A DNA stretch of 64,000 nucleotides from Octopus sinensis (lineage: Eukaryota): positions 92,442,001-92,506,000 of the forward strand of contig NC_043006.1 of assembly GCF_006345805.1 (NCBI RefSeq), read 5' to 3'. How positions within the stretch are numbered: position 1 is the first letter of the stretch; the number at the start of each line of letters is the position of its first letter. The notes under the pieces were generated by a model. The model searched no databases. It was not told the DNA's origin and worked only from the letters and a program-made list of their open reading frames with translations. Positions 40,275 through 51,558 of the stretch are shown in pieces. Position numbers and translations under genes: made by a program.

Positions 40275-40312
40275 ATGTATATATATATAGGCGCAGGAGT
40301 GGCTGTGTGGTA

Positions 40313-41599
40313 CGAGGGCCGTTCAATAAGTAATGCCCCTGACCCACTTCCCATAGCAGTAGAGCAACGAAACTTAGCACAGTTATTAGTCTTTTTCTAC
40401 ATAGAAACCACCCAGAGTTACGTATTTCTCCCATCGTTTGATGCAGCTCTGGAGACCGTTTTTGTAGAAGACCTCAGCTTGGTCCTCCAACCTCGACGTG
40501 ACTTCAGAAATCAAGGCTGCATCATCTGGGAAATGCTTTCCTTTCAAAAACAACTTCATGGATGGGTAGAGGTGAAAATCAGAGGGTGCAAGGTCAGGAG
40601 AGTAGGGGGATGAGTGAGGAGTTCATAGCCGCACGCCTGTGCTTCTGATCTGGCGAAACGCGAGCTGTGGACCGGAGCGTTGTCCTGTAGGAGGAGGATG
40701 TCTTTGCTGATCTTGCCCCGCCTCTTGATTTTGATAACTTCTCTTAATTTCCTCAAAAGTGAAGCATAATAGGCTCCTGTAATTGTGGTACCCTTTGCCA
40801 GGAAATCTGTCATCACTACTCCGTCCCGGTCCCAGAAGACTGTGAGCATGACCTTGCCAGCGAAGGGCTGCACCCTTGCGTTCTTTGGAGGAGGTGAGTC
40901 ACGGTGTTTCCACTGCATTGACTGGACTTTGGTCTCTGGATCATAGTGATGGACTCAGCTTTCATCCTGTGTAATCAGTCTTTTGAAAACTTTTGACTCA
41001 TCTTAGCACATCTCCAAATTCATCCTCGAGCACTCGACGCGTTCTTGCTTCTGGAAAGGTGTGAGCAACCTGGGAATCCATCTGGCAGACACCTTTTGCA
41101 TATGCAAATGGTCATGAATGATAGTTTCCACAGACCCGTTACTAATCTTGACCTGGTGGGCTATTTGGCGAATTGTTATGCGTCGATCTTACAAAATGGC
41201 AGCCTCAACGTGACGGACAGATGTCTCATCAATTGCAGAAAGGAGGCGACCAGATCTGGGAGCTGTTTCCACAGAGTTCCGACCATGTTTGAATTCACGA
41301 TGCCAGCGGTTTACAAGGTCCTATGATGGGGCATCATCACCATAAGTTACTTTCATTTCAGCAAAAGTCTCCCGTGGTGTGCGTCCTTTCAAATACAAAA
41401 ACCGGATCACTGCTCGACACTCAACAGGCTCCATTTCACACTTGACTCAGTTCAAACACCTGTAAATCAGAAACCACAATTAGGTCAGAGCTGTAATTTG
41501 CCACTTACTCTATAGAGATATAAATAATTGCACATGCAATTTCAGCTAGATCAAACAACTGCAAGTGGGTCAGGGGGATTACTTATTTAACGTCCCTCG
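40313..41599 (-). mobile_element. Full-length mariner DNA transposon (1287 bp)
   Basis: 37-bp TIRs at 40313-40349 and 41563-41599 (34/37 match); TA duplicated at 40311-40312 and 41600-41601. Confidence 0.96.
40386..41434 (-). pseudogene. Mariner transposase, disrupted
   Basis: MEPVECRAVIRFLYLKG...RSGR (HTH), ITQDES.VHHYDPE, LLLQDNAPVH, degenerate HPPYSPDL, end [16 protein letters not shown]; contains an in-frame stop and frameshifts. Confidence 0.93.
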
Positions 41600-41616
41600 T
41601 AGGTAGCTCGCTAACC

Positions 41617-43594
41617 TTCGACGTGTTCGGACGTGTCTTTTGGCTGCTCCGGATGTCACGCCTTTAGGCGTGAATTATTGAATTCTTGAGACTCGACTAC
41701 AGGTAGGCATTTGTTGAATTGGGGGGGGGGGTAGTGAAGTTTATTGCTCTGTATTTATTATTTTTTGGAGAGTAATAGACTCCACTTTGCTCCGGACATT
41801 TTTGCTGCCTGTGGTCGGGCGTAAAGACTCACTTTGCAGTGAGAATTGTGTTTTTGAGGAGGCGTAGCCCCGCCTCAAAAATCAATTGCATTTGTGTTGG
41901 ATTTACCAAGAAGCATCAAGTATAACCAAGGACTGTTTTGGACGTTTGGCCAGGAGTACCTTTTCGCCCCCCCCAAAAAAAACTCTTCTTCAAGCTGTCT
42001 TTCTTTTTTTTTTTAAAAAAACTTTTTTGAACTATTTATTATTTTATTTCTTCTCTTCTGTTCTGTTTTTCCTTCTCCACTTTTGGGTTCTATTTTTTTT
42101 GGTATTTTGAACTATCTTAAATTTTGTGTTAATGACAAAAGAATTGCTCGTGTGGGAGCTGACACCTCCCCAAAATTGGCTAAAGGACCTAGAAAGGAGG
42201 ACCGTGGTGTTGAGGACTTATTCGAAGTCGCTCGACACCATAGCCGTCTTCCCGAAGGACACTATTTTAAACGAGCTAGCGGACTACATGCCAGCCGTTA
42301 AATTTATCTCACGGGGAGTGAAATATGCAACGGTTTGGTTGCTATTTGACTCCCCACAAGAAGCTTGCGACTTTGGAAGCCAGCCCCTTGATGGCAAAGA
42401 AATACTATTCTTGCCAAATTACATGGGGAAAAGGTTATTAAAAGCTTGGATCTGTGGCCTACCACCCTGAGTTGAGCCCGAGTGGATAGAGGACTCTATC
42501 CGCCGGGGTCTGGGTGGTAGCAATGCGAAGCTGCTAAATGTAAAAGTGTTGCCTGCGGCTGATTGGGAGTGTTTGAAAGCTGTTTTGACCCTATGGATCC
42601 AATCAGCCAAAAGTCTGGTTTTTCCAGATTTCTTGAGGATGGCCGAGTTCAAGTATCCGGTGATGCTTGAGGGACGCCCCCCCAAAAAAAATGTCACATG
42701 TGCCTGGAGACCGGCCACATTAAGAAGAACTGCCCCAGGGACCAAAGTAGGATCCTGGAGCAGTTAATGTTGGAACCTCTCCCTGCCCCCCCTCCCCCAA
42801 TGGAAGGAGAGAAACAGAACGAGGAAACTGCTACTTCCTCAAAAAAGAAAAGAAAGATGGGCAACAATGGTGACCCACCGAAAGACCCTGAAGCTGCGGG
42901 AGAAAAAGAGGACCCATTGTGTGCAACACCGGAACCTCACCCTCCCGTGGCCCAGGGATAAAAAAGGAAAAAAAAGAAGAAAGAGAAACGGGACGCCGCC
43001 GGCGGATTGTAACACGCAGACGGCGTTTCCCGAGCCTCCTCAGGCGGGTGTTCCGCCGGATGATGAATATGTGATCCTCTTGTACAAAGGAGAAATCATG
43101 GAATATGAAGTTAAGAGAATGAAAAGGAGAGGCCGATGGGTGGGAATTCTGTCCTGCACGGAGGACCCTGAGTGGCCTTCGCAGGTGGCTGCGGAGGTCA
43201 TAGGGGAAAATGATCTGTCCAGGATCGTGAATTCCTTTCCTGAGGACTCCTACCAAATTATGACTGCATGGTCCGGCCTAACATCGGGTGATTGCCACAG
43301 TGGAGCAAAAGCACTGGTCCGCCGGATGACCTGAACGAGCGACTTTCTGTGTGTTTTAAAAAAGAAAAGAAGAAAAAAGATAGATTTCTGAACATTGTGT
43401 TAAGTAAAAGGTTTATTGCCTCATTGTGTCTTGAAAAAAGAACATTGTCTTAGAGAAGCGGAAGTCGGCGAGGGCTTTCGTCTTCTCCCATCACCACCTT
43501 CGTTCCATCACCATCATTCATACCATCAATGTCTACGTCCAGCCCGCAAAGCTACATCTATGTACTGCCTTCATGGCAAATTTAATGAATAAAA
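41617..43594 (+). mobile_element. ORF1-only non-autonomous L1/Tx1-type retrotransposon (HAL1-like)
   Basis: 14-bp TSD gtagctcgctaacc (41603-41616) / gtagcttgctaacc (43595-43608); ends aataaaa; ~500-bp 5' UTR; single ORF; no endonuclease or RT. Confidence 0.85.
42132..43334 (+). pseudogene. LINE ORF1p with CCHC zinc knuckle, disrupted
   Basis: N-terminal alpha/beta region (RRM-like by inference); GLPP and LEGRPP motifs; CHMCLETGHIKKNC knuckle at 42692-42733; Pro/Lys-rich linker; one TGA (42468-42470) and two frameshifts, at least one in a homopolymer run. Confidence 0.85.
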
Positions 43595-43741
43595 GTAGCT
43601 TGCTAACCCACCACATGGTTCCGGGTTCAGTCCCACTGCGTGACATCTTGGGCAGGTGTCTTCTGCTATAGCCTCGGGCCAACCAATGCATTGTGAGTGG
43701 ATTTGGTAGACGGAAACTGAAAGCGACCTGTCGTATATATG

Positions 43742-43803
<62 letters not shown>

Positions 43804-43909
43804 TATATATAAGTTCAGCAAAATTTAGATTGAAATGAATATGGTACTTAAGTTAGATGCACCAGAATTTTGTATGGTGATATCCATATAAATCCATGGG
43901 GTGATTATA

Positions 43910-44319
43910 ATCAAAATAAGCATCAAGAATAATTTCGGTAATTTGGTGCGATCGTTTTACGCTACATCATTTAATTAAATGTTGTAAGTTTTACAACAGT
44001 TTTAAAATGCTGAGCACACATCAGCCATTAGATATATAGATATATAGACAAAGATGTCGATTTAAATTTTAAGAACATTTAAGGTAGTGGAGTTTATCAT
44101 CTGACTGAAGAATATTCAGTCCACTACATTAAATGTTCTTAAAATTTAAATCCACTTCTTTGTCTATATATCTACCTTCTCTATAATGTTATCAATTGAT
44201 ACGAAAATTATGTATTAATGGAAAACCTCTATTAATGGGTGATGAGTGCTCAGCATTTTAAAATGAGGTAGCGTGAAACGATCGTACCAAATTACCGAAG
44301 TTATCCTTGTTGCTTATTT

Positions 44320-44323
<4 letters not shown>
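43910..44323. repeat. ~415-bp imperfect foldback (MITE-like or PLE-derived)
   Basis: Three nested complementary segments: atcaaaataagca...catcattt with its complement ending 44323; ttttaaaatgctgagcac...ccatta with taatggg...cattttaaaa; atttaaattttaagaacatttaa.gtagtgga with tccactac...aaatttaaat. Confidence 0.9.
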
Positions 44324-44354
<31 letters not shown>

Positions 44355-44357
<3 letters not shown>

Positions 44358-44515
44358 TCTCCCTGTTTAATTATGTGTTCCATTCTGTCGAAGTGCGTAG
44401 GCTCGAAACGTAAAATATTTTCTCACTTCCCGAGCTTTAAACTAATATGTTTGTTTGTTGTTTACGCATCCGTCTTCGTCTTTTGTCTTTATTTTTGTAA
44501 ATTCTCACTATACAT
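44355..44515 (+). mobile_element. Short repeat resembling a Penelope terminal repeat, with degenerate hammerhead core, embedded in (TA)n
   Basis: ctgtcga-a-gtgc-gtag-gctc-gaaac-gta at 44385-44412; TA arrays on both sides. The PLE origin is an inference. Confidence 0.55.
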
Positions 44516-44539
44516 ACATGCCTGCATACATACATACAA

Positions 44540-44596
<57 letters not shown>

Positions 44597-44656
44597 TATG
44601 TATGCGTTTGTTTATATTTATGCATGTATGCATGTACAAATACATATATATGTACG

Positions 44657-44694
<38 letters not shown>

Positions 44695-44835
44695 TATATA
44701 TATATACACACACACACATATATATATATATGCATAGCATAAGTATGCATGTATATATACATATATATGTACGCATGTATATATATATATATATATACAC
44801 ATACATATACACGCACACACAATGATATATACATA
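44516..44835. repeat. Long compound (TA)/(CA)/(TATG) microsatellite
   Basis: Direct reading. Confidence 0.97.
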
Positions 44836-46733
44836 CATATTTATGCAGGTATGATTGCTATATATTGACATATTTTATGCGAAATAAGATACATTTTTAT
44901 GTATAGAAATAAATATATCTAAATTAGGATATAGATATTGAAGAATAATGCCCTATATAATGTTGTCTATCTTCGTAATGTTTCTACGCTTAATGCTTTT
45001 TAGACGTCATACATTGCGAGTAAGATGCTAAAGCAATTTTACGATTTTTAAGCTCATTTATATCGAAAGTATATTGGCACTTCTTTCAATAAAATATCAA
45101 CATGTTTTCATCTTTTTTTCAGTAAACAAGTTATCATTTTATAAATGCTACTTTTAATATAGTAAAAAAAAACACACACAACACATAAACACGGCAATGA
45201 ATCTACTTTTCTCTTATGCTATTTTTTTGTTTTATAATTCCTTGCTATTAACACATGGAGCCACCATTCTTCAGATAATGTCACTGTAATATTTCATACT
45301 TCCTTGTTAATTTAATATTTTTATATTTCAGTATTTAATTTTAGTATAACGCCAAAAAACAAAAGGAGTAGTAAAGTAAAAATGATATGGATGAGAAATT
45401 AGATAAGGAGTATCTGAAGGGAGAATCGAAGTTCTATAGGCATTTCCTGCTATTAATTTAAAATTCAGAAAATATTTCCAATCTGTGAATCTTTAATTAT
45501 ATATTAGCAGGCGAATGAGTTGCGTTAGAAATTGCAAATTAAAGTTGATAGTTTATATATAAGCTAAGAACATAAAAGAAGTGAGTTAGTTTAGACAGTC
45601 ATATTTTGAAAGTAAACGTGTCATAAAAATGGATTATCGGCGTCGAAAACTAAAAGAAAAAATAACAACAGCCAATCAAATAACGAAGCTTGTGAAAAGA
45701 ACTTATATACATTTGAAGAAAATATTAAAGGCCTCATAATGCATTTTAATGTGTTTTTTTTTATTCTGTCTCTATATTTATGAGATTTGTTATTACTAAA
45801 TCAGTGAAACTATGTGCGTCTGGAAGACAATATAGTGGCGAGTGCAGAAATAATATGATTGGTTATAAAGTTTACTCCGTGTATTTTTCATACCAAGAAA
45901 TTGCTGTTTATAAAAAAATATTGCTACTAAAAATAATGGGGGAAAATATATACCGATGAGATATTACGGTAAATATAAAATCGTGTCGTTTATCGTAAGA
46001 CTAATCATTAATTTCAGACATGATATTCTTTATATCGTTTCTGTGTGGGGCATATTGCCGCCAACAGATAGCAAGCGCATGTTACTTACGTTTTATGCAA
46101 AAGCACGTGTTATTCTACAGAAGGCGAATGTGTATCTGCTGTTATTTCCTTTTTTCTAACAAAGCAACTCTGGTTATTTGTGAGGATAACTGAATAACTT
46201 ACAGAAATATTCCATTTAAAATTCCGTCATGAGCTGTGAATGATAGCTGCGAACATTATAAATACAATTTATACACATTAATCCAAGTGTCTATAAAGCA
46301 TACATCGTACATAGGTGCATAGGTGTAAAATACTTAATAAGGACAATCGCAAACTGTAAAACATTTCGCTGTTTTATTGTCTTGGCATAACCAGTCCACG
46401 TAATCAGAATTGGATTCAGAAAAAAAATAGAATAAAATGAGACAGAAATTTCACTTTCAGAAATAAATATCAAACAATAATTTCCGTCACTCATCCATTT
46501 CATAGTATCTGGAGACTGGAGCTTATTTAAGGTTTGAGGGAGGGCTAGTAAAAAAATTTTGAAATTATTTGAAATAGTTTTACTTGAACATGATACTAGG
46601 ATGTCATTAAAATTCCGTTTCTGAAATACGAATAAACATATTTTCAAGGAGAAGACGGGTGAACCTTGAATATGTGAAAATAATTGCTAATTGATTTACT
46701 ATTCAACAATATTCCTCTATCTTGAAAAACATT

Positions 46734-46948
46734 GAGTTCGAATTTTTGTAGAAGGCCTGCAATGTGGCGGGGTCGTGTAAGTCGATTATATCGATACCGA
46801 GTGTTCAACTGGTACTTTTATAGACACCGAAAGGACGAAAGTCAAAGTCAACTACTACGGAATTTGAACTTACAATGTGAACATAAACAAAATGTCGCTA
46901 ATCATTTTACCCGGCATGCTAACGGTTCTGCTTGCTCGCTGCATTTTC
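46734..46948 (-). mobile_element. SINE family C, diverged full length with probable TSD
   Basis: The reverse complement has head gcgagcaagcagaaccgttagc, B box and core; flanks cttgaaaaacatt (46721-46733) and cttgaaaaaaacatt (46949-46963). Confidence 0.75.
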
Positions 46949-47259
46949 CTTGAAAAAAACATTATTGTCTCGCCAGCGATAAAATGATGTTGGTGTTAAA
47001 TTTTTCGGAAATACGGAAAATAGTAACTACACCAAACAGCAACATATACTGACTAATTATCTCTATTTTTATATTAGCAGCTAAAAAGAATACCATAAAG
47101 ATATCGATCTATGGTGGCAATTAAAAGAAACGCATAAATTTTAATGTCACAGGTTCCGTTATTGTTTGCACCGAAAAGCAATCAAAACTTTCTATAATCA
47201 CTGGAAGGAGGGCATCACTCTATCGTAGGTAACGCAATATACACGTATATGTGAGCATG

Positions 47260-47304
<45 letters not shown>

Positions 47305-47912
47305 TTTTATATACATATATATATATATATATACATATATATATACATATATATATACATATGTATATTTATTTTTGTATTAAATATTATAATATATTAC
47401 AAAATATTATAATAATCCAGGTTTCTCGGAGCACTGGGCCACTTGGTGTTGAATAGATATGCTATTAAATTAGTATCTAATTCTCTCACCCTTATTAATT
47501 AATTATAATTATGCTACATTTATTTCTAAATGTGGTATTTGTCTCCGTGAAAGTTTGGCGCGCTGTTAGTAGGGGCATTTGAATTATAACATCGGATGTA
47601 ATCAATTGAACCACACGTGTATTTATCGTTATGGTAAAATCTGGCGTGTGATTGAGTGGATTTCATCCAGATAGTTTTGGCTGAGGAGCTACAAGTGGAT
47701 TTTTTTGTAAGTAAAATTACATTTAATTCATTAATAGCAAAACAATTGTCCCAAAATAATCTGTATTTTTGTTATTTTTTATTTGCCCTGTTCGTGTGAG
47801 CTAACAATCGTACTGACTTTCATGGGAAACATATATGTTTGTGGTTGAAACCTTTTGGATTAACTAGTGCTAGAGTGAGCCATATAGTGACCACTCTCTT
47901 ATATTTATTTTT

Positions 47913-48034
<122 letters not shown>

Positions 48035-48390
48035 GGCGCAGGAGTGGCTGTGTGGTAAGTGTCTTCTGCTATAGCCCCGGGCCGACCAATGCCTTGTGAG
48101 TGGATTTGGTAGACGGAAACTGAAAGAAGCCTGTCGTATATATGTATATATATATATGTGTATGTGTGTGTGTTTGTGTGTCTGTGTTTGTCCCCCTAGC
48201 ATTGCTTGACAACCGATGCTGGTGTGTTTACGTCCCCGAAACTTAGCGGTTCGGCAAAAGAGACCGATAGAATAAGTACTAGGCTTACAAAGAACAAGTC
48301 CCGGGGTCGATTTGTTCGACTAAAGGCGGTGCTCCAGCATGGCCGCAGTCAAATGACTGAAACAAGTAAAAGAGTAAAGAGTAAAGAGTA
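48035..48390 (+). mobile_element. SINE family D lacking the B box (61-bp deletion)
   Basis: Colinear with the reverse complement of 19038-19458 except for the ggtaagt|gtcttc junction at 48060/48061. Confidence 0.93.
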
Positions 48391-49459
48391 TACGTGTGTG
48401 CGTATGAGTGGGCATGCATGTGTGTATGTGATGATATGCTGTATAAGCATGAAAAGTAACTAGTAAATATTTGATATGTGACATGGACACGTGCAATTTA
48501 CTATTATCATCTTGGTTCGCGTCTGGAACAAATTCTAGTTGTATGCGGCGTTGATGTTGTATAACAACTTTTGCTGGGGAATCACCTGGATTTTTACATT
48601 GCATATGGCACGTGTCTTGCTGAGTATTGCTCCAATCGCTTTAGATTACTTCTAACAAAGTTACTTGCACAAGTGACACATTTACGCTTCATTTTCATGT
48701 AAAATACATACAGTTTTCTTCCAGACATTTACCGTTTAGGGATCAGAGCGAGCCAAGGCCATACTAGGAATACTTGCCGTGAAATCGAAACTGATCTCTT
48801 ATTGAAGTGAATATCTGAACTTTTCGAAGATATCTCAATCTAGTATGTGTGTATGTGGAAGTACTCTCGACATTTCGTATCTGTAAAGCTTGTTTATTTC
48901 TTTTTTGTTTTTTTGTGAGGGTGTGTAAAATTGTATGGATAAATATTCTTAACTATGGTACCTGTTAACATGTTAGTTTAATAGCTCAATGAAGATGCAT
49001 AATTCGATTACACTATATGAAGTTATATGTAAAGAACTTCAGCAGAATCATTTCACAGTTTTTAAGCCGGACTCTTCTTAATTGAATCTAGTAGAGAGCA
49101 TGGCGTGTTTGTAATTACTGAGGAGTAATTTTATATCGGTGAACAGCCTTGTTATTTATCGGAAGACACGCAAAATCGTTTATATTCACTTACGTTTACT
49201 TCATTATGGTATTGCATGCTTCATACTTCATGGATAATATAACAATAAAACAGTTTTCGTGCGTCCTTACAAGGCTAGAATAAGTCGTCTTCCGCCGTAT
49301 AATTGTAACATTAATAAAAAGCAATATGTCAGATTAAGTGACTTGCAAGAAAGAGAAGTACAACTCCGAAACTTGAACCACGGAGAATGAAATGTAAAGT
49401 TAATCATTGAATCGTCTAAAATTAGAAAATAATGTAATGTAACCAAATATTGGCTTCAA

Positions 49460-49640
49460 ATTTTAGTACAAGGCCAGCAATTTCGATTCTGCTGATAAGT
49501 CGATTACATCAACCCCAGTACTCGACTGGTACTTATTTTATCGACCCCTGAAGCGTGCAAGACTTAGTTGACCTCGACGTAAATTGATCTTAGAACGTGA
49601 AAATGGACGAAATATCGCTAAGCATTTTGGCCAGCTCCCC
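49460..49640 (-). mobile_element. SINE family C, diverged
   Basis: aagtcgattacatcaaccccagtactcgactggtacttattttatcgaccc...ggacgaaatatcgctaagcatttt. Confidence 0.8.
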
Positions 49641-50135
49641 GCCCTGACTTGTTCATATTATTTCAATTTGCTAGCGAGTAACAGTTATAATTTTTGTGCC
49701 TTACAGTTGTAAGGTCAATTCAAATGAGATAATATCAATTGCTGATGATAAATAAAATACAAGTAAAATCTTAGCATGTATTACATATCAGACATATGTA
49801 AAGACGTTTAAATCATTTTGTAAGTATAAGTAGGGGGAGCTCAATTATTTATGTAATTTATGCATATTTATTTTAATCTCTTGTTATTTAATGGTAATAT
49901 CATGGCTATTATTGCTTCCGTAAAAGTATATCTCAGAAAACACGTTAACATGTGTGCATCCTTTGGATTATACATGTAATTCTTGCGGTTTCAGTAAAAT
50001 CGGTGAAATCAGTAAGATCATTGGTTTGTGGGTTTAATGCTTGCAACAAATACTTCATTTCATCCTAAGGAAATATTCAGGACGGATATGTTTTAATAGC
50101 ATTAGACATACCCGTGGGGAGAGGTAGATAGATAG

Positions 50136-50137
<2 letters not shown>

Positions 50138-50195
<58 letters not shown>
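50138..50195. repeat. (GA)n microsatellite
   Basis: Direct reading. Confidence 0.98.
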
Positions 50196-50197
<2 letters not shown>

Positions 50198-50597
50198 GAG
50201 AGAGACAGGCAAGCAGACAAATAGGATAAGTAAATAAATACGTTATCGGGTACGGATGTAGTAGAAGGAATTAAACAATATTTATTAACGCTGGTTAATT
50301 ATTTAGATTTTATAACGAACGAAATTTGATACATATGATACATCAGGAGTTGTTATTGTTTAATATCATTCTAAGAAAAGTTCGGTTATTTGAAGAATAT
50401 GATTGGTTATATAGCGGGTATTATGGGTGTATTTGAAATCGGGTATCTTCAGTCGTTTGTAATCTCATTCTCTTGTAAACGCTTCTTGTTCAATTGCCTC
50501 CTTCCATGATAATGTTTCTCATTAAGCAATGTGGTCATCAGTTTCATTTTGTGTGTCTCTAATAATCTCTACTTCCGTACCCGATAACGTATTGCAA

Positions 50598-50698
50598 GCA
50601 AAAGGCCTGGAATTTGGGGGGAGGGAGCTACATCGACCCCAGTGTGTAACTGGTATTTATTTCATCGACCCCTAAAGGATGAAAGACAAAGTCGACCG
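50598..50698 (-). mobile_element. SINE family C, 3' fragment
   Basis: catcgaccccagtgtgtaactggtatttatttcatcgacccctaaaggatgaaagacaaagtcgacc. Confidence 0.8.
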
Positions 50699-51510
50699 CG
50701 TGTGTCTCCAATAATAATCTTCATTTAGTTGGGTGCTGTTCGACTTCACATGTGATATGAATGTCTGTAAAATAAACGTGTGAAATAGCTTGATGTTCCG
50801 CACAAAGATAGTATTCAGCAAGAAAAAGGCTGCGTGTATGATCCATTAATTTCGTCAAAGAAACCAAGTCGGGAAGAACATAAAGAGTTATCTACAAACT
50901 GGATATTCAGCCTGTATACATGCAACAGTGTGAACTTCACTGGTGCCACACAAGAGACGGCAGATGTGTCAAAGTCCGTGCTAACTTAAGCCTGCAATAC
51001 ACGGGTTCAGTACTGCTATACAGAATTAATATCTTGGTTTAAATCTCGCTTCAGTCAACGCTGTCGCTCATGGGGTGTGCTACCGTTACGCTACCTTCAT
51101 TCAAGAAAGGAAACTCTGAACCTGACAAAGTACATACTAAAATAACTTACATTTTTTATAGCTCTGATTCTCTTTAATATCTCAATTTCATCATTTGGGC
51201 ATTTGAACGTTATATGCAATTGTTATGTATGCGTTTGATTTTCTATTGTAATATATACAATCACATAGGAATAGTTATATGATTATAAAAATCAATAAAA
51301 CTAAGTTGTTTGTCTTTATTCCTACTTTTCTTAAAACGAAACCAATAGTAATCTTAATTCACAAATAAAGAAATTACACCCACCTGCTCTGTTGCAGTGT
51401 TGAACACTCATTTTAATCGTTCTACATTTACGTATGTATGTATGTATGTATGTATGTATGTATCTATCTATCTATCTATTTATCTAGCTACACACACACA
51501 CACACCCACC

Positions 51511-51558
<48 letters not shown>

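Larger units (their letters stand above)
40290..43737 (+). mobile_element. SINE family D 5' half, split into three pieces (40290-40312, 41602-41616, 43609-43737) by two insertions
   Basis: The pieces concatenate into the intact head seen at 19300-19458; (TA)n flanks both ends. Confidence 0.92.
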
